Below, one piece after another: positions 16,926-31,306 of a stretch of DNA of 64,000 nt. The stretch comes from Octopus vulgaris (lineage: Eukaryota): assembly GCA_951406725.2 (NCBI GenBank), contig OX597816.1, positions 162,936,001-163,000,000 on the forward strand, read 5' to 3'. The first letter of the stretch is position 1. Each line of letters starts with the position of its first letter. Under the pieces are notes generated by a model, which was not told the origin of the DNA, did not search any database, and worked only from the letters and a program-made list of their open reading frames with translations. The position numbers and the translations under genes are program-made.

Positions 16926-17261
16926 AAAGGCTATAGTATATATACATATATACATAAATGCATACTTATATACTACGTACGCACACACATATATTAATTA
17001 TACATTACCTGTAAGGTAAGGACCTAATGTTCTCTTACTGAGTCATGCGATAAACCAAGATCATATATACCTGGAGTATCCTCATCCACATATACAAAAA
17101 TTCTGTGAGTTCAATAAGTTCAAATGATCGAATATCGAACAACTTCAGCCTCAAATAGATAAGTCCGTAGTAAATTATTTCAGACTGGAGTTCAAAGTGC
17201 CGGAAATTCAGCCTTCTCCATGCACAAGACAACTAATTGATGAATGAAAATTTTATTCATC

Positions 17262-17355
<94 letters not shown>

Positions 17356-18263
17356 GTATATATATGTATATATATATGTATATCAATTTGTTTGCCTATC
17401 TGTCTATCTGTCTATCAGTCCGTCTGCTTGTCTGTCAGTCAAGCTATCTATGATGTGCACATACATATATAAATTATATAAATATATACATATACATACA
17501 TGTATACACACACCCACATATATATGCATATACATACATACATACATACACACACACATATATATACACACATATACAGACATATGTGTGTGCGCACGCG
17601 TGTGTGTGAAAATGAAAGTGTTGCATGTAGTACCAGAGATACAAACACACGCAAATGCGCAATTAATTTCTTGTGTCTTTCAAAGATATGGTCAAAACTA
17701 CAAAACTATATCAAGTGACTGACAATGCTGCATGTATTATGCAGCACCCAACTGCACACGAACGAAAACAATTGAGATGCTATCCTATGTAAAAACTCAA
17801 CAACAGATGAATAATCTAGAACCATCCATACTCCTAGACATGAATACTAGGCGACTTAGGAGATTTGCATGAACGGTTGTATGCACAAATGACAAGCATA
17901 CTTGGGCTGTCGGAAGCAAGTACTGACGTACGCATGGTCACATGCATATACACTTGCAGAGACACATGTATGCATATATTTCAGTAAGAATGCTAGCACG
18001 TGCGCACGAATGCACAGGCTTGCTTTGCTTTCATTGGTTGACTGAAATGACGTACATACAATCACACACTTACCCCGCATACACGATAACACATTCTTAC
18101 GGACGCTTACGTACACACACACACACACACACGCACACGCAAACACCCACACACCCATATATACATACACACAGATACATATATACATACATGTGTATGT
18201 GTATGCATTCATGTATATATATATATATATATAATGTATATCAAAATATATATGTCTATATAT

Positions 18264-18310
<47 letters not shown>

Positions 18311-18312
18311 GT

Positions 18313-18612
18313 GGAGGCGCAATGGCCCAGTGGTTAGGGCAGCGGACTCGCGGTTGTAGGATCGCAGTTTCGATTCCCAGACCGGGTGTTGTGAGTGTTT
18401 ATTGAGCGAAAACACCTAAAGCTCCACTAGGGTTTGGCAGGCGACCCCTGCTGTACTCTTTCGCTACAACTTTCTCTCTCTTTCTTCTGTTGGGCTATCG
18501 GAAGCAAGTACTGCGGGGTGGCGTCATTTGAAGGCTAAAACAATGAGAAGCACATTGTGATCAGCGATGAGTAGCAACATCTGATAGCCTGGTCGGTCAC
18601 GGTGATCACGGC
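18313..18612 (+). mobile_element. SINE family C head with an alternative 3' tail
   Basis: Same head as the 34915-35259 copy; tail ggggtggcgtcatttgaaggc..ggtcggtcacggtg also at 14311-14395 (-). Confidence 0.75.
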
Positions 18613-18800
18613 GATATATACATATATATGTATAATATATAATATACATATATGTACATATTATATATAAGTATATATATATATATACACATATATGTAT
18701 GCACACACACACATATATGTGTGTATATATATATATGTATGTATAATTCATTTTTGGATTTGGTTTGCAAGATTCTTGATGTGAGTTCGTGTGTTAAAGC

Positions 18801-18945
18801 ATATTCTGTTGTGTCTGGCGAGAGTCATTCTCTTTTAGTGCCTTATAAATTAACACTCCAGTAAAATAAACAAATAAATCAGTGGAAATATTTTACTGGT
18901 GAGTGTGTTAAAAGAGAATGTCTCTCCCCAGACACAACAGAATAT
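18801..18945. repeat. Fold-back (inverted) copy of a dispersed repeat end
   Basis: atattctgttgtgtctgg..cattctctttta / taaaagagaatg..ccagacacaacagaatat; same sequence unpaired at 14436. Confidence 0.8.
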
Positions 18946-18949
18946 GTAC

Positions 18950-19019
<70 letters not shown>

Positions 19020-19886
19020 TTGTATGTATGAATATAAGAGGTGAGGACCGAAATCCTCCAAAGGAATCTAATTTGTATTTCATGAAGAGCTTTTCGTCTT
19101 TGTCTTTGGAATTAATTAGACTCCAAAACTACTTGTAGAATGTTTATTGGTTCTTTACGAACTTGGATATGAATTGAATTAAAGTTCTTCTACACTTGCA
19201 ATTTTTCCTTTGCTTATACTTCATTTTATATATATATATATTATGTACATGTACACACACGCACACATACATGTATGTGTTTAACATTTTTAACGCCAAA
19301 ACAATGCAATTTATAGGAAATAGTGGATAGTTGTATCTGTATTTCAATATTTCGGGGTTAGGGCTCTTCTTCGGGGAATCTTCTGAGAAATATTGTAGTG
19401 AACTGATTTCTCTGTGTTGTTAAGTTGTTTAATGTTGATTCACTGGGATGGTGTACGTTATTGAACTCAAATAAATCATAAACGTAATACCTTTTAACTG
19501 GAAAAGCCCGTAATTTCTGTACTCTGGCTATCATATTTCCTATAATTCAGCTGGTAATCCTGTTTCCTCTTGAATTAGTTGTCCTTTGAATATGTCTTGA
19601 AATTAAAATAATATACGAAAATTATGAAGATAACAGTTGTCATACTTTTTTTAAATTATCGTGTGAGCTACATGGGCAAAAATGACTGTTTCAAGCTAAG
19701 GCCCGGCATTTCATTTCTCGTTCTCTTTAAAATTCATGGAGGCGAGGTTACGATAAGAACTGTCCTCATGAAATTACATTGTTGCTTAAGTAATACTTTA
19801 AGTACTATTTTAAAGCAATATCATTTAAAAATTGATGTATGATTGTGTGTGTGTGTGTGTGTGTGTTCGTGGTATTATGCTCTAAA

Positions 19887-20303
19887 AGGCGGCGAGCTGG
19901 CAGCAACGTTAGCACGTCGGGAGAAAAGCTTAGCGGTATTTCGTCTGTCGTTACGTTCTGCGTTCAAATTCCGCTGAGGTCGACTTTGCCTTTTATCCTT
20001 TCGGGGTCAATAAATCAAGTACCAGTCACGCACTGGGGTCGATGTAATCGACTTAATCCGTTTGTCTGTCCTTGTTTGTCCCCTCTATGTTTTTGCCCCC
20101 TGTGGGTAATAAGGAAATAGGGATTTCGTCTGCCCTTACGTTCTGAGTTCAAATTCCGCCGAGGTCGACTTTGCCTTTTATCCTTTCGGGGTCGATTAAA
20201 TAAGTACCAGTTGCGCACTGGGGTTGATATAATCGACTTAATCTGTTTGTCTGTCCTTGTTTGTCCTCTCTGTGTTTAGCCCCTTGTGTGTAGTAAAGAA
20301 ATA
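19887..20303 (+). mobile_element. tRNA-derived SINE family B, partial-tandem dimer with TSD
   Basis: aggcggcgagctggcag..gttcaaattcc; second unit restarts at atttcgtctgcc; TSD ggtattatgc(t/g)cta at 19871 and 20304. Confidence 0.85.
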
Positions 20304-20699
20304 GGTATTATGCGCTATTAACTTTTGAAAGCACTTCGAAATTAACGCTTTCTCTCCTCGAACCAGCAGAAAATTCACGGAGAGTAATATTTATACAAAA
20401 AATACTTAAACCTATGCATACAAGCTACTGATAATTGCATTCTTTTGCATAAACCTATATTGCCTTGGGCAAATTTCTTAATATTCTCATTTCCACGGCA
20501 AGCCACGAGTAGGAAGCTATCCGATGCTATTCTGTAATTAACACACGTTGTTGCATCAAAGAGCAGGTGGTGTACAGTAAGATATACATATATATCAAAA
20601 GGATGTGTTATAACACTATTCTACATATACAAAAACAGTCATACCAACAATCCGACATACCCCTATTATCAGCTGCCCCACGGATATCATTATGGTTTC

Positions 20700-21280
20700 T
20701 TTTATTCTTTTATTCGTTTCAATCATTTGACTGCGACCATGCTGGAGCACCGCCTTTCGTCGAAAACATTGATCTCAGGAATTATTCTTTGTAAGCCTAG
20801 TACTTACTCTATCTGCTTCTTTTACCGAACCATTAAGTTACAGGGACGTAAACACAGCATCATCGGTTGTCAAGTGATGATGAGGGGACAAAAAATATAT
20901 CTTTTATCCTTTTACTTGTTTCAGTCATTAGACTGCGGCCATGCTGGGGCACTGCCTTTAATACCTTTTAGACGGATGAATCGATCGTAGTACATATTTT
21001 TTAAAAGCTGGCACTTATTCTGTCGGTGTCTGTCGCTGAACTGCTATGTTACTGGGACGTAAACGCACCAAGATCGGTTGTCAAGTGGGGATGAATAAAG
21101 ACACACATACTTATACGACGAGCTTGTTTCAGTTTCCGTCTACCAAATCCACTCACAAGGCTTTGGTCGGTCCGAGGCTATAGTAGAAGACACTTGCCCA
21201 AGGTGCTATGCAATGGGAGTGAACTCATAACCGTGTGGTTGGGAAGCAAGCTTCTTACCACATAGCCACGCATGCACCTA
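20700..21280 (-). mobile_element. Two adjacent SINE family A copies (3' half plus a diverged full copy)
   Basis: Tail motif catgctggagcacc at 20738 and variant at 20940; head at 21220-21280. Confidence 0.75.
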
Positions 21281-21298
21281 GCTACATATACATATATA

Positions 21299-21714
21299 TA
21301 TTTCTTTATTGCCCACAAGGGGCTAAACATAGAGGGGACGAACAAAGACAGACAAAGGGATTAAGTCGATTACATCAACCCCAGAGCGTAACAGGTACTT
21401 TATTTATCGACCCTGAAAGGATGAAAGGCAAAGTCGACCTCGCGGAATTTGAACTCAGAACGTAACGGCAGACGAAATACCTATTTCTATACTACCCACA
21501 AGAGGCTAAACACAGAGGGGGCAAACAAGGACAGACAAACAGATTAAGTCGATTATATCGACCCCAGTGCGCAACTGGCACTTCATTTATCGACCCCGAA
21601 AGGTTGAAAGGCATAGTCGACCTCGGCGGAATTTGAACTCTGAACGTAGCCGCAGACGAAATACGGCTACACATTTCGCCCGACGTGCTAACGTTTCTAC
21701 CAGCTCGCCGCCTT
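21299..21714 (-). mobile_element. SINE family B, partial-tandem dimer with TSD
   Basis: Same dimer junction as 19887; 19-bp TSD tagctacatatacatatat at 21279 and 21716. Confidence 0.85.
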
Positions 21715-22970
21715 ATAGCTACATATACATATATGCACGTACACTTTTTAATTGCACGATTTTTACAGGAAAAGGAAAAAGAAAAATAATAACGAAAGAA
21801 AAGACCAATAAAATACAACAAAAAGACCGAAATCGTTCGGTCTGAATACATACAACATAATATACATATGCACATACGTAAAAACAGTGGAAAATTTACA
21901 TGCACACATCTACACGCTCACATATACACACGCAGCATAAAACACATATAAAGAAGAGAGAATGATGAAGGTGAGAGAATTACGGATGAGGCGGTGGTGG
22001 AGGGGTTGGGGGTGAGATTACGCAGGATGGAGGTTTGATGTCAAGGCGGAGAAATGAAACGGAGCATATCGTGTGTCCTAACGTTGATTTTCATTATGTA
22101 GTCTTTCTCCTCACTACTTTTTTTCTATTTTTGTTTTCTTTCTCCGTTTTTTTTTTTTTTTTTTTTTGCAAAGTATGCCTTAACCATTTGCAACGTCCAC
22201 ATCCAGCAACAAATAAACAAACAAACAAACACCACCACCACCACCACCACCACCACCACCACCACAATTGTCATCACCCTCGTCTTCTTTGTCTTCTTCC
22301 ACCCTCTCATCATCATCATCATCATCATCATCATTATCAATATACAATTTTGCAATGACGAGGAGGAAGAAACGGAAGATGCAGCTGGTCAGATGCGTGA
22401 TTATCGGCAGCCATATTTCTATAGAACGTTCGTACGTCTGTAGTCGAAACAAAGCCAACAGCCGCCATTACAAAAAGATGCAAGCGAAGGAAATGAGACA
22501 AGATGGCCACTCAGTTCCTTCTGTCTTATTGTTTTTGTTTTATTTACTTGTTTGGGTCTTTTATTTGTGTTTTTTTTGCGCTCTTTTCCCATTACTACTT
22601 TATTTATTTTGGGTTTTTGTTACTCATTTTCTGCTTTCGTTCATTTAAGAATATGTTTTCTCTATCCTCCTCCGTCTCACTATATATTTCTCTACATCTG
22701 TCTGTCTGTCTGTCACCCTCTAAGGATGTGTGGATGTGGTGTCTCACTGTCTACGTATAACCCCCTAGTCTCTTTCTCCGGCTGTCGCTCTCTATACCAA
22801 ACACACACACACACACACATACACTCACAAACACATACACATACTTACTCACACACATGCATTCGTATGTGTATGTATGGGAATATACATGTATATATGT
22901 ACCTGAGTGTGTTTGTGTATATGTATGTACGTAAATATACATACGCACACACACAAACACACACATGTGT

Positions 22971-23062
<92 letters not shown>

Positions 23063-24039
23063 GCAAATATACATAGACATATACACACAAGCATTTGCTA
23101 ACACGTGTGTGGGTGTGCTGGTGTAGTTATTCTTAAAATGTCATTTTCTTCTTAGCATTCATTCATTCATTCATACATTCATTCGATCATTCATTCATTC
23201 AGTATTTATTTATTTATTGTTCGGTTTTATTTCCCGCCTTTGATCTGCCAATCAAGCAAAAAGACTTTTAATTGTATTAGCGTCAGAGGCATTTCAGCAA
23301 CACCACCAACACCAGCGGTAGCAGCAGCAGCTGTAGCTTCGACGGCAGCGGTGCAGCAATGATTGTCGTTGCAGTATCAGCAGCAATATCAACAACGATG
23401 ACAATAATAACAATGACAGCAAAAAAAAAGGGTGTGACATACGGTGATATATTTGTCAACACACACGCACGCGCATGCGCATGCAAAAACACATATATAA
23501 GACCATATAAACACATACGTCGCAGATATAATTAACAAGACAAAATGTACGCAGAATGCAGCATACATACACTGACACATGCACACATATGTAAATGTGT
23601 GCGTATCGTGTGCATGTATGCATGTACGTATATATATGCATGTGTATTCATGCTTGATTGTACATGCATTCATACATGCATACATGCATACATTTACATA
23701 CATCCATAGATACATATACATACAGATACTCACTCACGCACATACATACATACACGCACACATATACTTTGTTTGAGGTTTGAAAAGGCTACCAATGCTC
23801 TCATACACAGAGATGTTCACAATTGTTCGAGCGTACCATACGAAAGTGTTCGTACTTCTCTCCATTTAGGATGGAAATAGACGAGACTGAACGGGATTTC
23901 GAAATACAAAGAGCACGGAGATAACTTTTAAGAATATTTTAATTATCTCCCTTGCATTAGCGATGGAGTTTTGCAGGAAATTGCATTCACCATAGGTTGA
24001 TTGATCTTTTAATTATTTTATTTACGAAACTTCGTGCAT

Positions 24040-24820
24040 ATCTGTAACTATTGGGGCCCTGGGATATGTAACACACTGCATAAATACCAATCTTGAGAAA
24101 TTAGGCTTCTCAAAACTAGAAAGGAGAAAGACTATAGATCGAATCCATCACTGGAACTGTAAAGATCTGTAAAAGTTTCCAGACATTTATCATTTAAATA
24201 TATATAATCATGTTTAGCTATGCCACTATATGCACGAGAAGACAGCCATAGAGCAAGACATAGAAATCTGCACATAAACATGCATACATATAACCAAAAT
24301 ATCCTGTTTTTGATGTTGAAATTCCAATAAAGGAGTCTTGAATCTAAGTTAGAAACCAGCTCTTTCTCTATTACTCCTTTACTCTTTTACTTGTTTCAGT
24401 CATTTGACTGCGGTCATGCTGGAGCACCGCCTTTACTCGAGCAAATCGACCCCGGGACTTATTCTTTGTAAGCCCAGTACTTATTCTATCGGTCTCTTCT
24501 GCCGAACCGCTAAGTGACGGGGACGTAAACACACCAGCATCGGTTGTCAAGCAATGCTAGAGGGACAAACACAGACACACAAACATATACATACACATAC
24601 ATATATATATACATATATACGACAGGCTTCTTTCAGTTTCCGTCTACCAAATCCACTCACAAGGCTTTGGTCGGCCCGAGGCTATAGCAGAAGACACTTG
24701 CCCAAGATGCCATGCAGTGGGACTGAACCCGGAACCATGTGGTCGGTTAGCAAGCTACTTACCACACAGCCACTCGTGCGCCTACTAGCAAAAAATCTTG
24801 AAATAAAACTGAATAACGAC
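24040..24820 (+). mobile_element. R4/Dong-type LINE 3' fragment interrupted by a SINE
   Basis: Matches 40433-40812; split at ctatta/ctacta by the SINE at 24373-24784. Confidence 0.75.
24373..24784 (-). mobile_element. SINE family A, full length
   Basis: Reverse complement of the 31120 copy. Confidence 0.85.
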
Positions 24821-24824
24821 ATAC

Positions 24825-24855
<31 letters not shown>

Positions 24856-24898
24856 TGTATGTATGCATGTATGTATGTATGTATGTATTTATGTGTGT

Positions 24899-24951
<53 letters not shown>

Positions 24952-24963
24952 TATGTATATTTT

Positions 24964-25188
24964 CGAGGGGGTGCTGGAAGGTTTCAGGTTTTAAGTGAAA
25001 GAAAATACAGAAGGATCAGTCAATTATGATCTTATTGAACATATCCTTCTCAAATTCACACATTTATTGTAGCGGTCCTTCAGTTGTTCTGAGCCCTGTA
25101 AAAGAACTCCGAGTTCTCGGAAGTTGGGTCTCCTACCAGGTCTTTGGTGTGATACCCTTAACCCCAGGAACTTTTTAGCACCCCCTCG
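24964..25188. mobile_element. Mariner-type MITE
   Basis: TIRs cgagggggtgctggaaggtt / aactttttagcaccccctcg; one end recurs at 50030-50112. Confidence 0.7.
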
Positions 25189-25429
25189 TATTTATACAAC
25201 ACACACACACACACATACATACACATGCACACACACATCCGCGCACACATATTATTTGAGATACTCGTCCTGCCTTGGTTTCTGTTGTCCTTTTCACCCT
25301 AGTGTAATATATACCTGCTAACACCGAAGCCTAATACGGATCTCTAGGCCCAGCCCTAGCTGTAGAGTTCTAGCCAAACAGATGACCAATTATAGCACTG
25401 ACTCAGCGTACCTATTCGTTTAAGTTCCC

Positions 25430-25650
25430 AAAAAGCGAAGAACAAACACAAGAAAAAACAACAACGTGAGCACTTTCTATATGCAAAGTATTAAAAGACG
25501 CTCAGGGAAGGAAAGAAAAGGTGTTCTACGTTTCGAGTAACGATATTCTTCAGAAACAGGAGACAGAGGAAAGTCCAAGAGAAAAGGAAAACGGAGGAAA
25601 AAATTGCCAACACTCCGCATGTAGTTATATTTTGGAAAGTTACACATATA
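25430..25650 (-). mobile_element. pLTR-like short repeat with hammerhead-like core
   Basis: Minus strand gttt-CTGAAGA-atatcgttactc-GAAACGTA-gaac; homologous to 13640-13860. Confidence 0.55.
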
Positions 25651-25699
25651 TATATATAAACTAAAGCAGGACGAGTATCTCAAATAATACATCTGTGTA

Positions 25700-25771
<72 letters not shown>

Positions 25772-26419
25772 CATACGAGGGGATGCTGAAAAGTTCCTGT
25801 GGGTTTAAGGGTGTCAACTATTTTGGGGACAACCATATCGAACCATCTCAAGTGTAACTATCCGAAATGGTCGTGACTTCTGGTACTTGACTGAGGAAAG
25901 AAAGCCACGAATGACCCGTCTTTTTTTGCCTGTCCTTCTAATTGTTGCCTCTCTTTTCCGCGTATGTATGTGTTTATGAATATGTACGTGTCTGTGTGTA
26001 TGCATATACATCGATCTACGAATGTGTGTATTTGTATATGTGTATGTACATATGGATATATGAAAGCATGCGTGTATATGTGTATGTATATATGAATGTC
26101 TGAGTGTATGTATGCATACATGCACATATGGTGGTGGCTCTCAGTCGTTCAACAACAAGGATTCTACTTTTTGATAAATTTTGATAAACTGAATAACCAT
26201 TCCTTTAATCAATGTGAAAGTGGATGTGTATTCCACCGACCTTAGTATCACCCTCTGCAAGACGGGGATGCACTCTTTGAACTGCATGTGCAATCCATTC
26301 GAAAGGATTCCTTTCAGTTTCCGACGCTGCAGTTTCAATCGTAAGGCATCGATCAACCCGAGGCAATCTAACGCGTCATTTGTCCATGATGCTATGTGTA
26401 TGCACGTGTGCGTGTGTGC

Positions 26420-26474
<55 letters not shown>

Positions 26475-26670
26475 CGGCAACTTGGACGAATAACAGTAAA
26501 ATATCTTATGACTAGATGCGTTCCACGTTCTTTAGAGGGCTTTGGAATTACTTTCTGTATGATTAGTCTCCAAATTTATTATCTAGAACCCACATCGAAA
26601 ATTCTTGTTTCCTTCTGTTATATTTGCTCCATCATAGATTGATCGTATTTCGTTAATATCTTTCGCGGAA

Positions 26671-26792
26671 TATTACCTGATGAAAGGATGTGGTTGCGTG
26701 GCAATGCGAATTCACGCAATATTATGTAATATATTATGTAATGAACATAGAATTTGGTAATAAATCACGCAACCGAAACATGTGTAGTGATG
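26671..26792 (+). ncRNA. Hammerhead-like motif with 8-nt insertion before stem II
   Basis: tattac-CTGATGA-aaggatgt-GGTTGCGTG...CACGCAACC-GAAAC-atgt-GTA-gtgatg. Confidence 0.65.
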
Positions 26793-27069
26793 TTTGAACA
26801 ATCCATTTCCTTTTGTTTACTAAATCATAGATCATGTAACATGGTAAAGTCATATGTTCGCGAGGTACTGGGGACCCGTAAAGAACTGTTTAACTTTCTA
26901 TGGACCGTTGTATTGTCCAGATAAATCACCTGGAATACTTTCTTTCGGAGTAATCTCTTTAGCCAAATATAAGGCAGACGTGGAAAAATCTATTTGTTCC
27001 CTTGCATACATACATGCACACAAATGTATGCATGCATGCATCCGTTCATGCTTACATACACACACACAT

Positions 27070-27117
<48 letters not shown>

Positions 27118-27549
27118 GAAACACTCCTGTCACAACCTGGGACTTTGAAGACTGCTTTAATGCAAGATGTATACTAGTCCCTTAATATTTGATATTCAAT
27201 AAGACAATCAATACTTCATTTCGTTTTACTATATATATTATTTATACTATATATTCTATATTCTACATTAATATTATAAAGAATATAAAAAATAAAACAT
27301 AAAAATAGACAGTTGGAATTCCTTTGAATAATACATATATACATATATGTATGTATACTTATACATATACACCCGACTCGTGGTACAACATCGATTTGAT
27401 GGAGAGAGTCAGTTAATGAACGGCACATACATTTGATCACTATAAGCGAATCATCTGTGCAGATCGTTGGACAAAAATGCTGAACATTCATATTTTGTCT
27501 TCGACAGGACAGTGCATCGTATATATTATCTCTATATATAAAATCTCTA

Positions 27550-28597
27550 TATATATACATCATCATTGTATTCATCATCGTCACCATTATCATCATCGTC
27601 ATCATCGTCATCATCATCATCATCACTATGCTCATCATAATCATCCTCATCACGATCGCCATCAACACCATCATCTCCATCGTCATCATCATCATTATCA
27701 TTATCATCATCATCCTCATCCTCATCACCATCGCCATCATCGTCATCATCCTCATCCTCATCCTCATCGCCATCGCCATCATCATCATCATCGTCGTCGT
27801 CGTCGTCGTCTTCTTCATCATCATCATCACCACCACTATGAGCATCATCATCATCATCATCATCATCATCTTCGTCATCATCAAACGTAGTCGTTGTCGT
27901 CATCGTCATCACCGTCATCACCATCCTTAACCCCGTACAGCTCTTCCTCCTCTTCCTTCTCCTCTTCCTCCTCTTTTTCCTCCTCTTTTTCCTCCTCTTC
28001 CTCCTCTTCTTCCTACTCTTCCTCCTCCTCTTCCTATTCTTCCTCCTCCTCATCATCATCATCGCCACTATCATCATCACCATCACCATCATCAACAACA
28101 ACAACAGCGACAACAACGATAACAACAACAACAACGATAACAACAACGACAACAGCAACAACAACAACAACCACAGCTGTGATAACAAGACTGCAGTTCC
28201 AGAAACTATCCAGTGATCTTGAAATCGCCATCGGGCTTTTTTTGTCTTCGCAAACCTCTTTTCAATGGTTATCATTTCTTGCAATCTCGCGTGTAAGAAG
28301 AAACACACCCACTCCAAGCTACACCGCACCAAGCTCACACTACGCAACGCCACGCCGCCCAAACCCCATACTCACACGTTCGTGCAGGGGGTTTTTCTGT
28401 TTGTTTTTTTTTTGTTGTTTCTTTTCCACTCCACCACACTATCGACACCTCCCGTTACCGTCAACTACCTTCTTAATTACTAGCACCACCACTACTACCA
28501 CCACTACCACCTCCACTACCACCACTACTACCACCACTACTGCTGCTGCTATTATTACCACTACTACTGCTGCTGTTATTACCACCACTACTACTAT

Positions 28598-28653
<56 letters not shown>

Positions 28654-28830
28654 TTACTACTACAACTGCTGCTGCTGCTGCTGCTGTTATTACCACTACT
28701 ACTGCTGCAGCTACTACTACCACCACCACTACTGCTACCACCACCACTACTGCTACTACCACTACTACTGCTGCTGCTACTGTTCCTACTATTGCTACAA
28801 CTGCTACTGCTGCTGCTGATACTGCCGTTC

Positions 28831-28899
<69 letters not shown>

Positions 28900-29510
28900 T
28901 TACTACTACTATTGCTACTACTACTGTTGCTGCTTATGCTGCTGCTTCTGTTGCTGCTGTTGCTATTACTAGTACTACTACTATTACTAATGGGGTACAC
29001 CACACCAAAACAAAAACTATTACCACCACCACCTTTTGTAGTGTTGCAATCATCTTCATCATTACCACAACACTACTTTGACAACGTTGATCACTATCAT
29101 CACCACTACCATTCTACCACCTCCATCATCAGCACCAAAACTGTAACCACTCTCACTATCATTATCACCACCACCACCAACCCCACCACTACGAACACCA
29201 CCAAAACCGACACCATTACCACCGCCTCAAACACCATCACCACCACCACCACCACCAGTAAAACCAACATCATCACCACCGCCTCAAACACCACCACCAT
29301 CACAACCATCAGCATCGCAATCAAAATCAGCATCACCATCACCGTTACCACCACTACTACCATCACCAGCACCAGCACAACCACCACCACCGCCACCACC
29401 ACCACCAACAAAACCAACACTATCATTACCGCATTAACACCACCACTACTACCAGCACCAGCACAACCACCACCACCACCACCACCATCACCGCCACTGC
29501 AACCACCACC
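27550..29510. repeat. Compound trinucleotide array (CAT/CCT/CAA/CTA/CTG/CCA)
   Basis: About 2 kb of phase-coherent triplet repeats with short unique interruptions. Confidence 0.9.
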
Positions 29511-29629
29511 ACTGTTTCCACGTTTCGGTGGAAACAGTTTTGCTTAAAATATGACGTAACCAAATTAAGTTCATTATTTTAGACATTTGACGAATTGGAA
29601 ATTGTTTGTAGATAGCATTATATTGTTAC

Positions 29630-29694
<65 letters not shown>

Positions 29695-30360
29695 TTCCTT
29701 CTTTCCCTCCTTCCATTTCCTTTAATTATTTCTTTCGTATATTCTTCCCTGTTTCTGCCATTTTTGAAAATACGATTTTCTCGAAAGATCTTCGTAAAAG
29801 ACCTCAGAAACTAGCGATATTAAGCAAAACTATAACGTAATTTGCTTTCGTCCCATGCTGGATATATTTATTTAGATCAAATCTAATTAGTTCTTCGTTT
29901 GCGACAGTATTTCGTTTTTCTTTCAGTTATCCTCCTTCATTCTTCTTCCCCTCGTTTTCCATCTTCTTTTGCACATTTATTTTAAATTTTACCTCTCATG
30001 ACATACACACACACATATATATATGTATCTATATATATATATATATACGTGAATATATATACATGCACACATACATACGTATGTATATATGTATGTGTGC
30101 ATGTATATATTGTAAAGATTGTATATATTGCAAGATTGTAAAGAAAAGGAAAAAAAATCCAATGTGTGTGTGTATAGATACATATATATGTGTATGTGTA
30201 TACATACGTATGTATATAGGTATGTATATATATATATATACATATACACAACAATGCACACACATATACGTATCGTTATACATAAACATGGTGTGTTTAT
30301 TCATTTAACTAGAAACGCTTAAATTGATATATTGTCTGTATATTAACGTGTATATTAAAC

Positions 30361-30391
<31 letters not shown>

Positions 30392-30444
30392 CATGTATAT
30401 ACATGTATATACATATAGATATATACATATATAAATATATACAT

Positions 30445-30585
<141 letters not shown>

Positions 30586-31058
30586 TGTATTTGCATATGG
30601 ACAATACAAGGAAAACGGCGAAAGAAGAAAATATCCCCTTCCTCAATACTGAATTTCAGTCCCTCTCTTTCTCTCTCTCTCTCTTTCTCCCTCTCTCTTA
30701 AAATCTTTCTGTTTCTACATCTACAAGCCTAAGTAACTCTCCTGTCTCTAATTCGCGCGTGCACACACACATACACGCACACACACACACACACACACAC
30801 GCACACATGCTCGCGCCACCTTACACACATGCAATTGTATGCAAATCTCATAATCCTATTCGGTTATGAAGGCAATGACGCGATTAAAGCTGGCTACTTT
30901 TCTCTCTTCGAATTTGCACACCCTCTCCCTCCGTCTGCCTTTCTGAATGTATGTATGTATGTATGTATATATGAATGCATGCATGTATATACATGTGTGT
31001 TTATATGCAGGTATGAATATTAATATGCATACGCACACACGAACACACACACACACAC

Positions 31059-31108
<50 letters not shown>

Positions 31109-31119
31109 ACACACACATA

Positions 31120-31272
31120 TGGCTGTGTGGTAAGTAGCTTGCTAACCAACCACATGGTTCCGGGTTCAGTCCCACTGCGTGGCATCTTGGGCAAGTGTCT
31201 TCTACTATAGCCCCGGGCCGACCAAAGCCTTGTGAATGGATTTGGTAGACGGAAACTGAAAAAAGCCTGTCG

Positions 31273-31306
<34 letters not shown>

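Noticed and set aside
22355-22445. Acidic peptide DEEEETEDAAGQMRDY as a host exon
   Set aside because: Short, ends in a stop, no clear splice sites or homology.
27894-29547. Mucin-like Ser/Thr and poly-Leu ORFs
   Set aside because: Triplet arrays open in several frames and strands; no true start, splice or domain evidence.
31120-31200. tRNA genes at SINE heads
   Set aside because: A/B-box-like heads run into SINE bodies; no complete cloverleaf.
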